Shown here piece after piece: positions 10,371 through 22,341 of a stretch of 64,000 nt of DNA. Position 1 is the first letter of the stretch, and the number at the start of each line of letters is the position of its first letter. The notes under the pieces are model-generated. The model had not been told where the DNA came from. It saw nothing but the letters and a program-made list of their open reading frames with translations, and searched no databases. Both the position numbers and the translations under genes were made by a program. This DNA is from Sminthopsis crassicaudata (lineage: Eukaryota), in the NCBI RefSeq assembly GCF_048593235.1, contig NC_133619.1, forward strand, positions 651,164,558 to 651,228,557, given 5' to 3'.

Positions 10371-11854
10371 GGGGCCTTTAAGAGGCCTCTTCTCCTCCCC
10401 CATCCTCTTCCTCCCACACACCAGTCCCTCCGATCTGCCTCCAGGCAGACCCCGGGGCGTCCCCCCACACACTCTTTTGTAGTCCCGGTTTGCCAGGAGG
10501 GGGCCTCCCAGCCCCTATCCCCTGCCCCCTTCCACCCACCGGGCCAGAGCCTGGAGGAAGTGTCTCTGAGTGGCCCGGGGCCCTGCCCCCCCCCCCGCCC
10601 CTCCCTCCCGGACAATGCCCCCTCCTCACCTGGAGCTCCCGGTAGTCAGGCCTCCGCTGAGATTGGCAGCTGGGCACGAGGAAGAAGCCCCTTCCCCGGC
10701 TGCCAGAGGACGCAGGTGTCCGGGAGCTGAGTCAAAGGCTTTGGGGGATGAGAACCCAGGTGTCTGGGATGGGGAGACTGAGAGTGGGGTGCTGGAGGAC
10801 CCCGCGTCCGAGAGCTGAGCTTCTGGGATGGAGGATGGAGAGGAAGGTGGGGAGGGGACTCAGGTGTCCGGAAGGGGGGCCGGGAGAGCCCAGGGGCTGA
10901 GCCTCAGGAGTTGGGGGTCAAAGAGCCAGATGCCTGGGGGCTGGGGTTCAGAAAAGTGGAGGACTAGAGGATGCAGAGTCTGGAGAGCTAAGCCTCCGGA
11001 ATGGGGGAAGGGGGAAGGAGCGACCAGGGAACCCCGGCCGCTGAGCTTCAGTGCCGAAGGAAGGGGGAGCTGGGCGCTTTGGGGACCCAGGTGCCTGGGA
11101 TCGGCAGCGGCTGAAGCGGGTGCCCAGGGACCAAGGAGTCTGGGATGAGGGGCCAGGGGATGAGGGGGCCTGGCTGATCCGGCCCGAGAACCGGGGGAGG
11201 AGAGAATTCTGTTCTGCTGCCACTGGGTGATGGGAAGAGCTGGAGAAGGGGAGGAAGGGAGGGAGGGAAGGAGGGAGGGAGGGAACACAGGAGGGAGGGG
11301 GAGGGAGGCAGGGAGGGGGGGAGGGCGAGGATTTGGGGATGGGGGAAGGGGGTAAGGTCTGGCTCCGGAGAAGGCGAAGGCAAAGGGAGACTCGGGGATT
11401 GGGGGAGACTGACAGTGACAAGAAGGGAGGGAGACCAGAGTTGGGGGGGGAGGGAATGAATGAAACAGAGAGGTGGAGAGATGAAGGGAGTCAGGGAAAT
11501 GGAAAAGAAGGGAGACGAGAGACAGCACATGGAAGGGGGGAAAGATGAGAGAACAGTGGAGGGAGAGGGAGAGATGGCCGAGAGACAGAGATGGGAAGGA
11601 GATGGGGAGAGACTGAGGAAGAAATGAGACAGGAAGCGAGAGACAGGAGAGACAAGCGGGGGAGGGGGACAGAGAGACAGGAAGAGGGGCTGCAGCGGCC
11701 GCTGCCTAAAGCAGATGGGGGGGCCGGACCCCTGGAACTCCCCATGGGGAAGTGGCCAAGGTCACTAGAGGGGAGAAGGGGGCACAAGGCCCCCTCCCCC
11801 ATCTCTCTCTTCCCCTGTAGCAACATCCCTCCTTCCCTTCCTCCACCTCCTCCG

Positions 11855-11868
11855 GTCCCCATGGCAAC
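11855..11868. promoter_or_regulatory. RFX X-box between CACNG7 and CACNG8
   Basis: GTCCCCATGGCAAC. Confidence 0.65.
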
Positions 11869-13135
11869 CGGATTCAGGCCTCAACCGGAAACAGAGTGGG
11901 GGCCCTTTAAAAGGAGGACCCCCCCTTACATCTCCCTCTACCCTCCCCCAGCCGCTGCTCCAAACCCTCTCCTCATCCTCTTGAATCCAGGAGCAGAGAA
12001 TGGATGTGGGGGCTCCTTCCCCGACCACTGCAGGACCCCCAGACTCAGCAGGAAAGAAGGCAGGGAAGCAGGGGGAGGAGGAAGGGAGGCATGTCGCTCT
12101 TAAAGTGACCAAGCTTAGCTCCTTTGCTCTCAGGGTCTGTACTTCCCGGGAAAGCAGGGCTCCTGGAGAGCTCTGTGGCCAGCCTCCCCCAGCCCCCCCA
12201 GGCCCCAGGCCGTGCTGCAGCCCCCTGCTGCCTCACTGGGCTTATGGGAGGTGGGAGGGAAGAGCAATGGGGAGGTCCCAGGATGGGAGAACAGGAGAGA
12301 AGCTTTGTGGGCGCTCAGCTCAGCCCCCTCCTTCTCCCAAGGGGGAAACTGAGGCAAAAGGTGAGAGGGATGAGACCCTGTAGGGACTGTGATCACGGAA
12401 TCTCAGAGTATCACCAAAAAACAATTAGAAGGACCTTGGACAGTGTGAAATCCAAACCTTTCTTTTTCAGATGGGGAAACTGAGGCACAGTGTATCAATA
12501 AACTTCATTTCTTGTTGTTCATTGTGTGACTCCTTGGGATTTTCTTAATAAAGACCTGAGGGGTTTGCCATTTCCATCCCCAGTGCGTCCCCTTGAGAGG
12601 GATGAAGCGACTAGAATTCAGAGCTTCCTGACTCCAAGGGAACAGGTGTTCTATCCATTGCGCCACCCTGCTTTCCTCAAGGTTGATTAAGTGCCTGTGA
12701 TGCTGGGCTGGGGCAGGGCAGCCAGTGCCCGCCTTCCAGGATCTCCCGAGGGAGGGAAGCTCCGCACAGGAAGCGCCAGCCCACGAAGGGGACACGCGGC
12801 CCGTTCTGCCCTTTCACTGGTGCGCCCCATGCAAGGGTCTCAGAGGGGAAGGAAGTGAAGCCCAGGCAGGGAGGGGCAAAGGGGAGATGCAGAGGGAGGT
12901 GCGGAAGCAAAAAGGAGGAGACCCAAGCTTTGTATCTGCCCTCTCAGGGAGGTGGAGGGACAGCCCGGGGCCATTCCCCCAGAACACTTCAAATGTCAGC
13001 GCCGTTCCTCCCCTTTCCAGAGGGGGAAACTGAGGTCTGGAGAGGAGGGTCAGCATGACCTTCCCCAAAGCCAGGGTCCGCCCCCACTCACTCCCGCCCC
13101 CTCCTCCATGCAGACCGCCAGTGTTTGAAATAGAG

Positions 13136-13141
13136 TTTATT
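13136..13141 (-). terminator. Probable CACNG7 polyadenylation signal
   Basis: AATAAA on minus at the end of an AT-rich patch, ~1.24 kb after the stop codon. Confidence 0.6.
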
Positions 13142-13948
13142 GAAGTTTCTGTTGGTATTTACATATGATACATAGTAAGTAACAGAGCCACCCCCCTCCC
13201 CGGCCCACGTGGGCCCCCTCCCCCCAAGCCTCATTAAAAACCCGCGGCATAATGGCGGGTTAACGATGCCCTGCCCCTGCTTTCCCCCCTCCCCCCCCAA
13301 GATGCAGACTAAAAGCCCTGGCCCCCACCACCGGGGGCCATCTGGTTCAGAGTACATAACTGGGCCCCTCTGGGCCCCGGCCCCTGCCCCCGCTGCCCCC
13401 AGAGAGCAGACCCCCACGAGGGGCTGGAGGGCAGCAAGGGGCGGGGGGCGGCGCCGAGGAGGCGGAGGCGGAAGACTCGGAGGTTTGGGGGGCCATGAGG
13501 CCCCGCTACTGCCCCTGCCTTGGGGGAGAGGAGCAAGGAGGAGGGGACCCAGGCGGCAGGCTCAGCCCGGCAGCCTCCTTCTCTCCCCATCCCAGGGGGG
13601 CCTCTGGTGTGGAAAAGAAAGAAAGAAAGAAAGGCGGCAGAAAAGAGAGACACAGATTCCGAGTAACATAAGGGAGGGACAGACCTGGGGGGGGGGAGAT
13701 GGCCCAGGGGCACGGGGAATGAGGGGGCTAAGGTCAAGGTTAGCAACCCGCCCCCCAACTCCTGACCGGATAGGAGGCCGGCGAGGGGAAGGGGCGCCGG
13801 GGGAGGGGCCTACAGCTGGAAGGACGCGGGAAATGGGGGTGAGTGCTGGGGGAGAAAGGCCCGTAGGCCTGAGGATGGCCTGCAGTCTTGTTCTAAGAGG
13901 AGCTGCCTGACATTGAAGATGCCCAAGAAACGGGGCGGGGGCGGAAAA

Positions 13949-14360
13949 GGGGAGGAGTCACAGGAGCGGAGGAGGGGGGCTTGGGAAGGGGAGGAGACAA
14001 GGGAAAGGACCCAAGGGGACCGCGGCGAAGTGCGAGGGACTGGGAGGACGGGGCCGAAGGGGGGAGTCTGCCAGAAGGGAGGGCCTCAGGAAAGTGGAGG
14101 AGAAGGGGGGAGACTGGGGGGGAGGGAGAGGGGCCGGGGACTGGGGGGGGGGAAATAGGGGAGGAGTCACAGGAGCGGAGGAGGGGGGCTTGGGAAGGGG
14201 AGGAGACAAGGGAAAGGACCAAAGGGGACCGCGGCGAAGTGCGAGGGACTGGGAGGACGAGGCCGAAGGGGGGAGTCTGCCAGAAGGGAGGGCCTCAGGA
14301 AAGTGGAGGAGAAGCGGGGGAAGGGCCGGGGGAGGGGAGAGGGGCCGGGGACTGGGGGGC
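13949..14360. repeat. Two-copy tandem duplication (~209-bp period) at the start of the CACNG7 3'UTR
   Basis: GGGGAGGAGTCACAGGAGCGGAGGAGGGGG...GCCTCAGGAAAGTGGAGGAGAAG occurs at 13949 and 14158 with few differences. Confidence 0.9.
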
Positions 14361-14376
14361 GGGGCGGCGCAGCCCC

Positions 14377-14634
14377 TCAGCAGGGCGAGGTGGAGATGTG
14401 CATGTGGTCCGGATACTTGATGGCGGGAGGGTAGTTCTGTGTCATCTGGATGGAGACGTCGCTGGAGATGTCCGAGGGGCTGCGGCCTCGGCGCCAGGCC
14501 TCGGGCTGGAGGAACTGGCCCGAGTAGTCGGAGCAGTCGCTGAGCCTGGGCCTGTAGAAGGCCGGGTGCGGCCGGTACATCTCCTCCTCCGCGTACCGTT
14601 TGGTGAACAGATAGACGGACATCACGCCGGCCCC
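14377..14634 (-). CDS. CACNG7: TARP gamma-7, last coding exon
   Basis: GAGVMSVYLFTKRYAEEEMYRPHPAFYRPRLSDCSDYSGQFLQPEAW...HISTSPC*. Total CDS 828 nt = 275 aa. Confidence 0.97.
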   Translation of the reverse strand, partial: GAGVMSVYLFTKRYAEEEMYRPHPAFYRPRLSDCSDYSGQFLQPEAWRRGRSPSDISSDVSIQMTQNYPPAIKYPDHMHISTSPC

Positions 14635-14659
14635 CTGTGGGGAGTCGAGATCCCGGACT

Positions 14660-15230
14660 AAGGCCCCCGGGCTCTCTCCAGAACCCCTCCCCCTCCAGCT
14701 CTAGAACCGAACCCTCAAGAGACCCAGGGCCCCCTCCCAGCGCTAGCCCCGTCTCCTCGAGGACCCAGGATCCTCTCCCAAAACCCATTCCCGCCTCCCC
14801 AACTCTAGAACCAAACCCTCGAGAGACCCAGGGACCCCTCCCTTCCTCAAGCCTCCTTCCCTCCCCAGTTCTAGTCCCGCCCCTTGGGGGGTCCCAAAGT
14901 TCTCTCCCCAAACCCCTCCCCCTCCCAGCTCTAGCCCCATGTCCTCGAGGACCCAGGATCCTCTCCCAAAACCCATTCTCCCCTCCCCAACTTTAGAACC
15001 AAACCCTCGAGAGACCCAGGGACCCCTCCTCTCCTCAAGCCTCCCCCCTTCTCCAGCTCTAGTCCCGCCCCCTCGAGGATCCTTAGGTTCTCTCTTAAAA
15101 CCCATTTCCCTTCCCCAACTCTAGCCCCACCCCTCGGGGACCCAGAATCCCCTCCCAAAACCCTTTCCCTCCTCCCCAGCTCCAGCTCCAGCCCCACTCT
15201 CTCGGATCCTCAGGGATCCCTCCAAGCCCT
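14660..15230. repeat. Degenerate composite tandem repeat filling CACNG7 intron 4
   Basis: CCTCGAGGACCCAGGATCCTCTCCCAAAACCCATT and TAGAACCAAACCCTCGAGAGACCCAGGGACCCC blocks recur with a ~189-bp period. Confidence 0.85.
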
Positions 15231-15332
15231 TTCCTGCCTCTCCGGCTTAGGACCCCACATATGTAGTATGGGGGGGGGTCGGGAAAAGGGCTTCCAGGCC
15301 GCCAGAAATCCCAGCTTCCAGCTCCTTCCCAC

Positions 15333-15478
15333 CTCTTTCAGCAGGAAGGAGGAGGCAGCAAAGGCGAAGGACCAGCCATAGCGGTAGTGGAAGTACTGCT
15401 CCGAACCGCTGGGCCGATTCATGACCTCGTCGTTGATGCTGGAGATATAAAGAACTAGGCCCACCACGAGAGAGAGGC
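15333..15478 (-). CDS. CACNG7: TARP gamma-7, coding exon 4
   Basis: GLSLVVGLVLYISSINDEVMNRPSGSEQYFHYRYGWSFAFAASSFLLKE. 146 nt. Confidence 0.97.
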
Positions 15479-15839
15479 CTGCCGGAAGGAGGGGGCTGCT
15501 CAGAGGGCTGTCCCAGAGGTGGCTCCGGGAGGCACCCCTGATGGGTCCCCCAGCATCCCCAGGGCCTGGTGGGCACTTTGCTCCAAACAGCCACCCCATT
15601 TACCTTAGTTACAGGGTACCCCCCCTCCTGGGAAGGGAGCTCCTTCCACCCTCCTCCCTCCCCAGTCATATTCAGACACACACTCCCCCCTGGCATAAGG
15701 CTTGGCCCCCCTTTCTTCATCACCCCTATTCTACCCTCCAGCACTGGGCTGGAAAGAGGCAGGGGAGCTCAGTAGAGAGTCATCAAATGATAGAATTGGA
15801 CAGACATCTTAGAGATCCCTTGGCTCAGGGGTTCTAAAT

Positions 15840-16900
15840 CTTGTGTGTCTGTGAGAGTGTGGGTGTGTGAACATATTGTATGTGTGAGTGTGTGTGTGTG
15901 ATTGTGTGTGTGAACATATTGTATGTGTGGGTGTGTGTGTAAGTGTGATTATCTGGGTATGAGTGTGTGTGTGAACATATTGATGTGTGAGTGTGTGTGT
16001 AAGTGTGATTGTCTGGGTATGAGTGTGTGTGATTGTGTGTGTGTGAACATATTGTATGTGTGAGTGTGTGTGTGTAAGTGTGATTATCTGTGTATGAGTG
16101 TGTGAGTGTGATTGTGTGTGTGAACATATTGTATGTGTGAGTGTGTGTAAGTGTGATTGTCTGTGTATGAGTGTGAGTGTGATTGTGTGTGTGTGAACAT
16201 ATTGTATGTTTGTGTGTGTGAACATATTGATGTGTGAGTGTGTAAGTGTGATTGTCTGGGTATGAGTGTGTGTGATTGTGTGTGTGTGAACATATTGTAT
16301 GTGTGGGTGTGTGTGTAAGTGTGATTATCTGTGTATGAGTGTGTGAGTGTGATTGTGTGTGTGTGAACATATTGTATGTGTGAGTGTGTGTAAGTGTGAT
16401 TGTCTGTGTATAAGTGAGTGTGATTGTGTGTGTGTGAACATATTGTATGTTTGTGTGTGTGAACATATTGATGTGTGAGTGTGTGTGTAAGTGTGACTGT
16501 CTGTGTATGAGTGTGTGAGTGTGATTGTGTGTGTGTGAACATATTGTATGTGTGGGTGTGGGTGTAAGTGTGATTGTCTGTGTATGAGTGTGTGTGTGAT
16601 TGTGTGTGTGAACATATTGTATGTGTAAGTGTGATTGTGTATGAGTGTGTGAGTGTGATTGTGTGTGTGTGAACATATTGTATGTGTGAGTGTGTGTGTA
16701 AGTGTGATTGTGTATGAGTGTGTGAGTGTGATTGTGTGTGTGTGAACATATTGTATGTGGGGGGGTGTGAGTGTGATTGTCTGTGTATGAGTGTGAGTGT
16801 GATTGTGTGTGTGATTGTGTGTGAACATATTGTATGTGTGAGTGTGTGTGTGAGTGTGATTGTCTGTGTATGAGTGTGTGTGTGATTGTGTGTGTGTGAG
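15840..16900. repeat. TG-rich minisatellite (~70-bp unit) in CACNG7 intron 3
   Basis: Recurrent GTGTGAACATATTGTATGTGTGAGTGTGTGTAAGTGTGATTRTCTGTGTATGAGT units. Confidence 0.95.
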
Positions 16901-17473
16901 TGATGGACCCTTTGGCAGTCTGCCAAGTCCACAGACCCTTTCTGAGAATCTGAGAAGTTTTTAAATAATTCAAGGAAATACTAAATTTCAGTTAGAGTTT
17001 AGGAAAATAGAAATATCCTTTTTTTCCCCATCCACGTTCATGGATTCCCTGCAATGTAGCTCCGAGCCTTGAGGAGGAAATCTTGTTCTAGTGGGTCCCT
17101 TTCTCTGCCGTGAAGTCCAAAGAAAGAAAGGGCCTTCTAGATCACACAGGAAGCTCAAGCTCCCCAAAACCCAGGGCAGAAAAGGGGGTCCCGACGAGCC
17201 TTTCTCTGGAAGGCTCCCTCACCTGCTCCTCCCCCACCTTCATTTTACAGAGAGGGCTGCTGAAATGGACCAGGAGGGTTCCGGACCCACAGCCAACGGC
17301 ACTGGGCGTCCCCCGGCCCTCAGGGGTCTCCCGCAGCCAGCCAGGGGTCGGGCGCAGGCCCCCAAGCTTTGCGGCTGGCTTCTCTCGGAGGCTGCGGCTG
17401 TCCGGGCGCCCCGGAGGGCCCAGAGAGGGCATGCCCGGGGCAAAGGGGAGCAGCCGGGGCCCCCAGCACTCAC

Positions 17474-17614
17474 CTGAGAGGATGAAGAAGATGCCGGACA
17501 CGAAAGCCAGAATGGTCCTCTGAGGGCGGATGTGGCCAATGTTGCTGATGACGAAAGCCGTGAAGACCAGGAAAAGGCTCACCATGGGAAACGGGGTGGC
17601 GGTGCGGACGGTCT
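17474..17614 (-). CDS. CACNG7: TARP gamma-7, coding exon 3
   Basis: KTVRTATPFPMVSLFLVFTAFVISNIGHIRPQRTILAFVSGIFFILSG. 141 nt. Confidence 0.97.
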
Positions 17615-17722
17615 CTGGGGGACACGGGGGAGGGGCGGGGTGAGCCTGGGAGCCTGAGCCCAAGCTCCGCCCCTCGGCCCACAAGCCCCGCCCTCGCCCC
17701 TCCCCACAGCCTCCCCCCTCAC

Positions 17723-17809
17723 TCAGGATGTTCTCGGTGTTCTCGGTCACCAGGTTAATCTCGGGCTCGAGGAAATACTCCGAGGCCACGCAGCGGCCCT
17801 TCTCCCGGC
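17723..17809 (-). CDS. CACNG7: TARP gamma-7, coding exon 2
   Basis: GREKGRCVASEYFLEPEINLVTENTENIL. AG/GT flanks. 87 nt. Confidence 0.97.
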
Positions 17810-18223
17810 CTGTGGGGAAAGGGCGATCGGTCAAGTTCGGCCCGGGTGGTGGGCGCCGCTCGGGGCTCCGGGGGCCGCGGGCCTCGAGGAAGGCTCCCCG
17901 GGCCCGGGCGGGGGAGGGGCCGGAGGAGAACTGGGCTCCCGGCGGCACGAGGGAGGCCGAGGCCGCAAACGGAGGCGGGAACGCCGTGGCGAGGGGCAGG
18001 GGGAGGGAGGGAAGCCGGACAAGGGTGCCGACGGTCCGGGGATGAGGGCAACGTCCCTACGGGCCTGGGGATGGGGGCGAGTCGTCAGAAGGGGAGGGTC
18101 TCCGGGGTCCGCGAGCAGGTCCCGTGAGGTTCTGGAGGGGGAGGGGCCGGCGGCAGCCCCACCCCCGCCGGGGTCCCCGAGGGGGCGGGCCCGGAGCTGG
18201 GGCAGGCGGCCGGGGTCCGCTAC

Positions 18224-18419
18224 CTGCGAAGAAGCAGACCCTCCAGAGGCCGGCGTGCAGCGCCATCTTGACCTCGGTGCTCTGATTCTGGGGCAGCACG
18301 GTGCCCTCCTCCATGTAGAGCCAGTAATCGGTGCTGACCGCGATGCCAACCAGGAGGAGGCCGCAGGCGCCGAACACGCTGCTCAGCAAGGTCAGCGCGC
18401 GGCTGCTGCACGAGCTCAT
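18224..18419 (-). CDS. CACNG7: TARP gamma-7, coding exon 1
   Basis: MSSCSSRALTLLSSVFGACGLLLVGIAVSTDYWLYMEEGTVLPQNQSTEVKMALHAGLWRVCFFAG. Donor GCAG|GTAG. 196 nt. An acceptor cctgtctctccgcag| puts the exon start at 18454. Confidence 0.97.
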
Positions 18420-19106
18420 GGCGGCGGCGGCCGCGGGCGGGAGGCGCGCGGGGCCTGCGGAGAGACAGGCGGCCGGGCGGACGGAGAGGCGGAGCGCGGG
18501 GATGCGGGCTGGAGAGCGCGCCAGCCCCGGCGGGGGCCTGCTCTCCTGCTCTCCCGCGCCCGGGAGGCCCTCCCCACCGCATCCCGCCCCCCGCAGCGGG
18601 CTCCGAGCCCTCCCTCCCGTCTCCCAGCCCCTCCAGGGGGCTCCGAGACCTCTCCCGTGCCGGTCCCGGGGGAACAGGCTCCGGGTGTCCGCCCCCGCCC
18701 CCTGCACTCTTCCCCCTTTGGGCCCTCGAGATCCCGGCCTGCCTCGTGCCTCCGGAGCGCGCTCGGCCCCCGGCCGCCCCCCTCCCGCCCCGGCACCCAA
18801 CCCCTTCCTCATTGCGGGGCTCCCTCCGCCAGCTCCTTCCTGTGGGCCACTCGCCGCCCGAAGCCTGGACTCGGGGGTCCCCGTGTGCCCGGCTGCCCCT
18901 CCCCCCTCTGAACGCTCAGGACCCGAGTCCTGCTCCCTCCCCCGGCCCTGTCCGCCACCTCCCCAGGACCCGGGCGTTCGGATCCCGCTTCCCACCTGGG
19001 GCCCGGGCTTCCCTCTCCATCCTTCCGTCAGCTGCACTCTCCTCGGGGACACAAGCATCCCAGGCTCCCCAGCCCCGTTAGGGACCCCCGGCCCGGCCGG
19101 TCTCAC

Positions 19107-19340
19107 CTCGCTCAACGCTGGGCGGACGCTCGGGGCTCCGGGCTCCGCAGCCGCATGTCCGGCCCCGCGGCCTCCCCGGACCGGCCCCGCCGCTCCCGGC
19201 CCCCGGCGTCCCGGCCCCCGCCCCCCTGGGCCGCTTCTTCCTCCTTGGCCTCCGCTCCGGCTCCGGCCCCGGCTCCGGCTTGCTCTCGGGCCCCGGGCCC
19301 AGCCTCCTCCGTCCCTCCCTCCCTCCCTCACTCCTCGTCG
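19107..19340 (-). other. Probable non-coding first exon of CACNG7 (5' end uncertain)
   Basis: Donor CGAG|GTGAGA at 19107/19106, a CCAAT box on minus at 19374-19378, a CpG island, and a matching acceptor at 18455. Confidence 0.5.
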
Positions 19341-22335
19341 GACGGAGACGGGAGCAGGGAGCCCAGGTCTCTCATTGGCTGCCGAGGAGGAGGGGAGGGA
19401 AGCAGGGAGGACGCAGAGGATGGGGATGGAGAGAGACTGAGACGCTGACACAGAGACAGACAGGGACAAAGAGACCTAGCCGGGGAGCCGGGGAGAAGGA
19501 CGGGGAGACGGACGAGACTCAGAGCGGTGGAGGGGGACGAGGAGCTTTGCGGAGGGGCTGAGGGAAGGCGAGAGGAGGGAGCCGGCGAGGAGCGGTGCGG
19601 ACAGAGGGAGCCACAGCCAGAGCCAGGGTGAGAGAGGGGGGCACGCTTCCCAGGCCGACGAGCCGAGAGAAGAGAGAGAGAAGGAAATGCAGACCGAGAC
19701 ACTCACGGGACAGAGATACGGGGGAGAGGGGCCGAGCCGGGCAGACGCAGACCCCGGACAGAGCAGCAAAAAGCAGGCCGGGTGGACGGCAGGCCGGGCC
19801 CGCAGGGGCCGGGCGGGGGGCGCTGGGTGGACGGAGCCGAGGCCGGGCCGGGTCCTGCAGCCTTCACAGAGCCTGAGTGAGCCCCCCCACCCCCCTCCCG
19901 CCCCAGCGTGATGTCAGCGGGCCGTCGTGCGCTCCCCCCACCCTTCTCTCTTAAAGGCACAGGGTCCCAAGCTGCTCTCGCTTGGCCCGGCAAGGGGGAC
20001 TCCGGAATGACCCTGAGAGGCCCAGGGACTTCTGCACTTGTCCCACCCCTTCGGGGACTTAGGATCCCTCCTCAGCCCCCACCAAACTCCCTCATCCAGC
20101 CTCCTTAAGGATCTAGAAACTAGCCCTTCCTGGGGGGAGGGGGAGGCGCGAAGGCTTCCTTTTCATGAACATTTCCATTTCAAGAACCCAGGAGATCCCT
20201 TCCCTAGTCCCGCTTCCCGACGGACGCAGGAGTCTGGGATCCCGCCCCTTGGGGACCCAGACATCTCTTTTCCCAATCCCATCCCCTCAGGCACTCAGGC
20301 GTCCCCTCCCCCAGCCCGCTTCCTGGGACAAGCCAGCCCACATCCCATCTTCTGAGGGATTCCGAGGCTCAACCTCCGCCCCTTGAGGGGAACCAAGAGC
20401 ACCCTCCCTTTTGCCGAACCGTAACAGGGGCCCAGTGTCTGCACTGAGCCAAGGGGACTTGCACATTCAGGGGTCGGCTACTGCTCCCCAGCTCCCTCCC
20501 CCACCTTAGGACTACATTTCCCAGCAGCCCCCTGTAGGTAACCCCCCCAACATCTCCTCCACCAAGGGCTGGTAGGAGACAGGATTAGGGGAGCTGGCCG
20601 CAATTGCTTATGGGAAATAGAGTCTGGGTGTAAAGGAGGCGGTTTTGGGGGGGGTGACAGTAGCGACGAGTCCAAAAGTGACCCCTCAGACCCTCCCTCG
20701 GTCTCTCACTCACCCTGAGCCTGAATCTTTGATTCTCTCTCATCATCTCCGACTCTCTCTGTCATTGTCTCTGTCTCTCTCAGTTGTAGGTGTCTCTCAG
20801 TGTTTCACCGTGCCAGGCTCAGCATGTCTCTGTCTCTTATTATCCTAGTCTTCCCATCTCTGATCTTGTCTCTCCATCTGTCCTTGTCTCAGCCTCTTCC
20901 CCTCCACCTCTTGTCTTTTGGCTTATTCCTCCCTCCCAGCCACNNNNNNNNNNNNNNNNNNNNNNNNNNNNNNNNNNNNNNNNNNNNNNNNNNNNNNNNN
21001 NNNNNNNNNNNNNNNNNNNNNNNNNNNNNNNNNNNNNNNNNNNNNNNNNNNNNNNNNNNNNNNNNNNNNNNNNNNNNNNNNNNNNNNNNNNNNNNNNNNN
21101 NNNNNNNNNNNNNNNNNNNNNNNNNNNNNNNNNNCTGTTCTCTGTGTTCTCTCTCTCTCCCTCTCTCTGTTCTGTTTCTCTCTGNNNNNNNNNNNNNNNN
21201 NNNNNNNNNNNNNNNNNNNNNNNNNNNNNNNNNNNNNNNNNNNNNNNNNNNNNNNNNNNNNNNNNNNNNNNNNNNNNNNNNNNNNNNNNNNNNNNNNNNN
21301 NNNNNNNNNNNNNNNNNNNNNNNNNTTTTGATTTTTGATCTGCTATTTAGAGAGTAGACTTCAAGTCCCACTAGCCTTTCCCACCAGCCAATAAGCCTTT
21401 GTTAAATGTCAACCACGTGCCAGGCCCCGTGCTCCGTGTTGGGGATGCAGTAGAAGGCAAAACAGCCCCTGCCCACAAGGAGCTTACAATTTAATGGGAA
21501 AACTAACTTGAGACGGACAAAGTGTATAGAGCCCAGAAGCCCACCGTCCATGGCTGCCAGTGCTTTTCCTTTATAAAACACAGGTCTATCCATGTCTCAG
21601 TCCTGCTGGAAGAGGTCCAGATCTCCCTGTTGCCTCTAAGGAGCAAACATAAATGCTCCTGGTTGACATCTGACAGCCTCGAGCTACCATTCCAGCTCTC
21701 CCCTTTTCCAGAAAAGTTGCCTTGTTTTTATTTTGTATGTTTGTGGATATTATCTTCTCCCATAACAATCACACCACCTCCCTTTTCTGTGGCACTTAAT
21801 GTGTCTTCCAAACATCATGTGATCCTCACCACCCTCCTGGGAAGCAGATGCTATTATTATCCCCAATTTACAGTTAAATAAGAGGAGTCTAAGAGTTTGA
21901 GTTAAAGGCAGACAGGATTGGAACTCGGGTCTTCTGGACTCCCGATGCTTGAGTCTCCTTCAGGACAGCTGCCTCCAGAAGAAATGTAAAATGCATGAGG
22001 GCAGGGAGTGTTTAAGTTCACCTCTGGGTTGTAAGCCCCCAGACCGGTGCCCAGCTCTTCAGAGATGCTTAATAAATTGGCCAGCCAATCTGAGCCCCAC
22101 CTTCCTTTGGACCGGAACCGGATCTGTGGCACCCGCCTGTCTCAAGGATTTTCTGAAGCTTCAGTGAAAGGGCTACATCTCAATCCATTTAACATTTAAC
22201 GTCTTTCTATCCGGTTCTTCCCACTGTCCCTGTTTCTCCTTGAGCTCTGTTTGTTCCTCAGCTGTCTCTTCCTTCCACGTCTCCCTCACTCGGGACCCAA
22301 GCAAACACAAGCTTAGCCAGCATCAAAACCCCAAC

Positions 22336-22341
22336 TTTATT
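22336..22341 (-). terminator. Probable PRKCG polyadenylation signal
   Basis: AATAAA on minus, ~550 nt after the stop codon. Confidence 0.55.

Noticed and set aside
15809-16973. Long His/Thr-rich ORFs (up to 379 aa)
   Set aside because: They are translations of a TG/CA satellite with no stop codons, inside CACNG7 intron 3.
18057-19469. 470-aa ORF appearing to extend CACNG7 at the N-terminus
   Set aside because: Low-complexity G/R/P/A sequence from a CpG island. It crosses a clear acceptor (18455) and donor (18223), and spliced CACNG7 is already complete at 275 aa.
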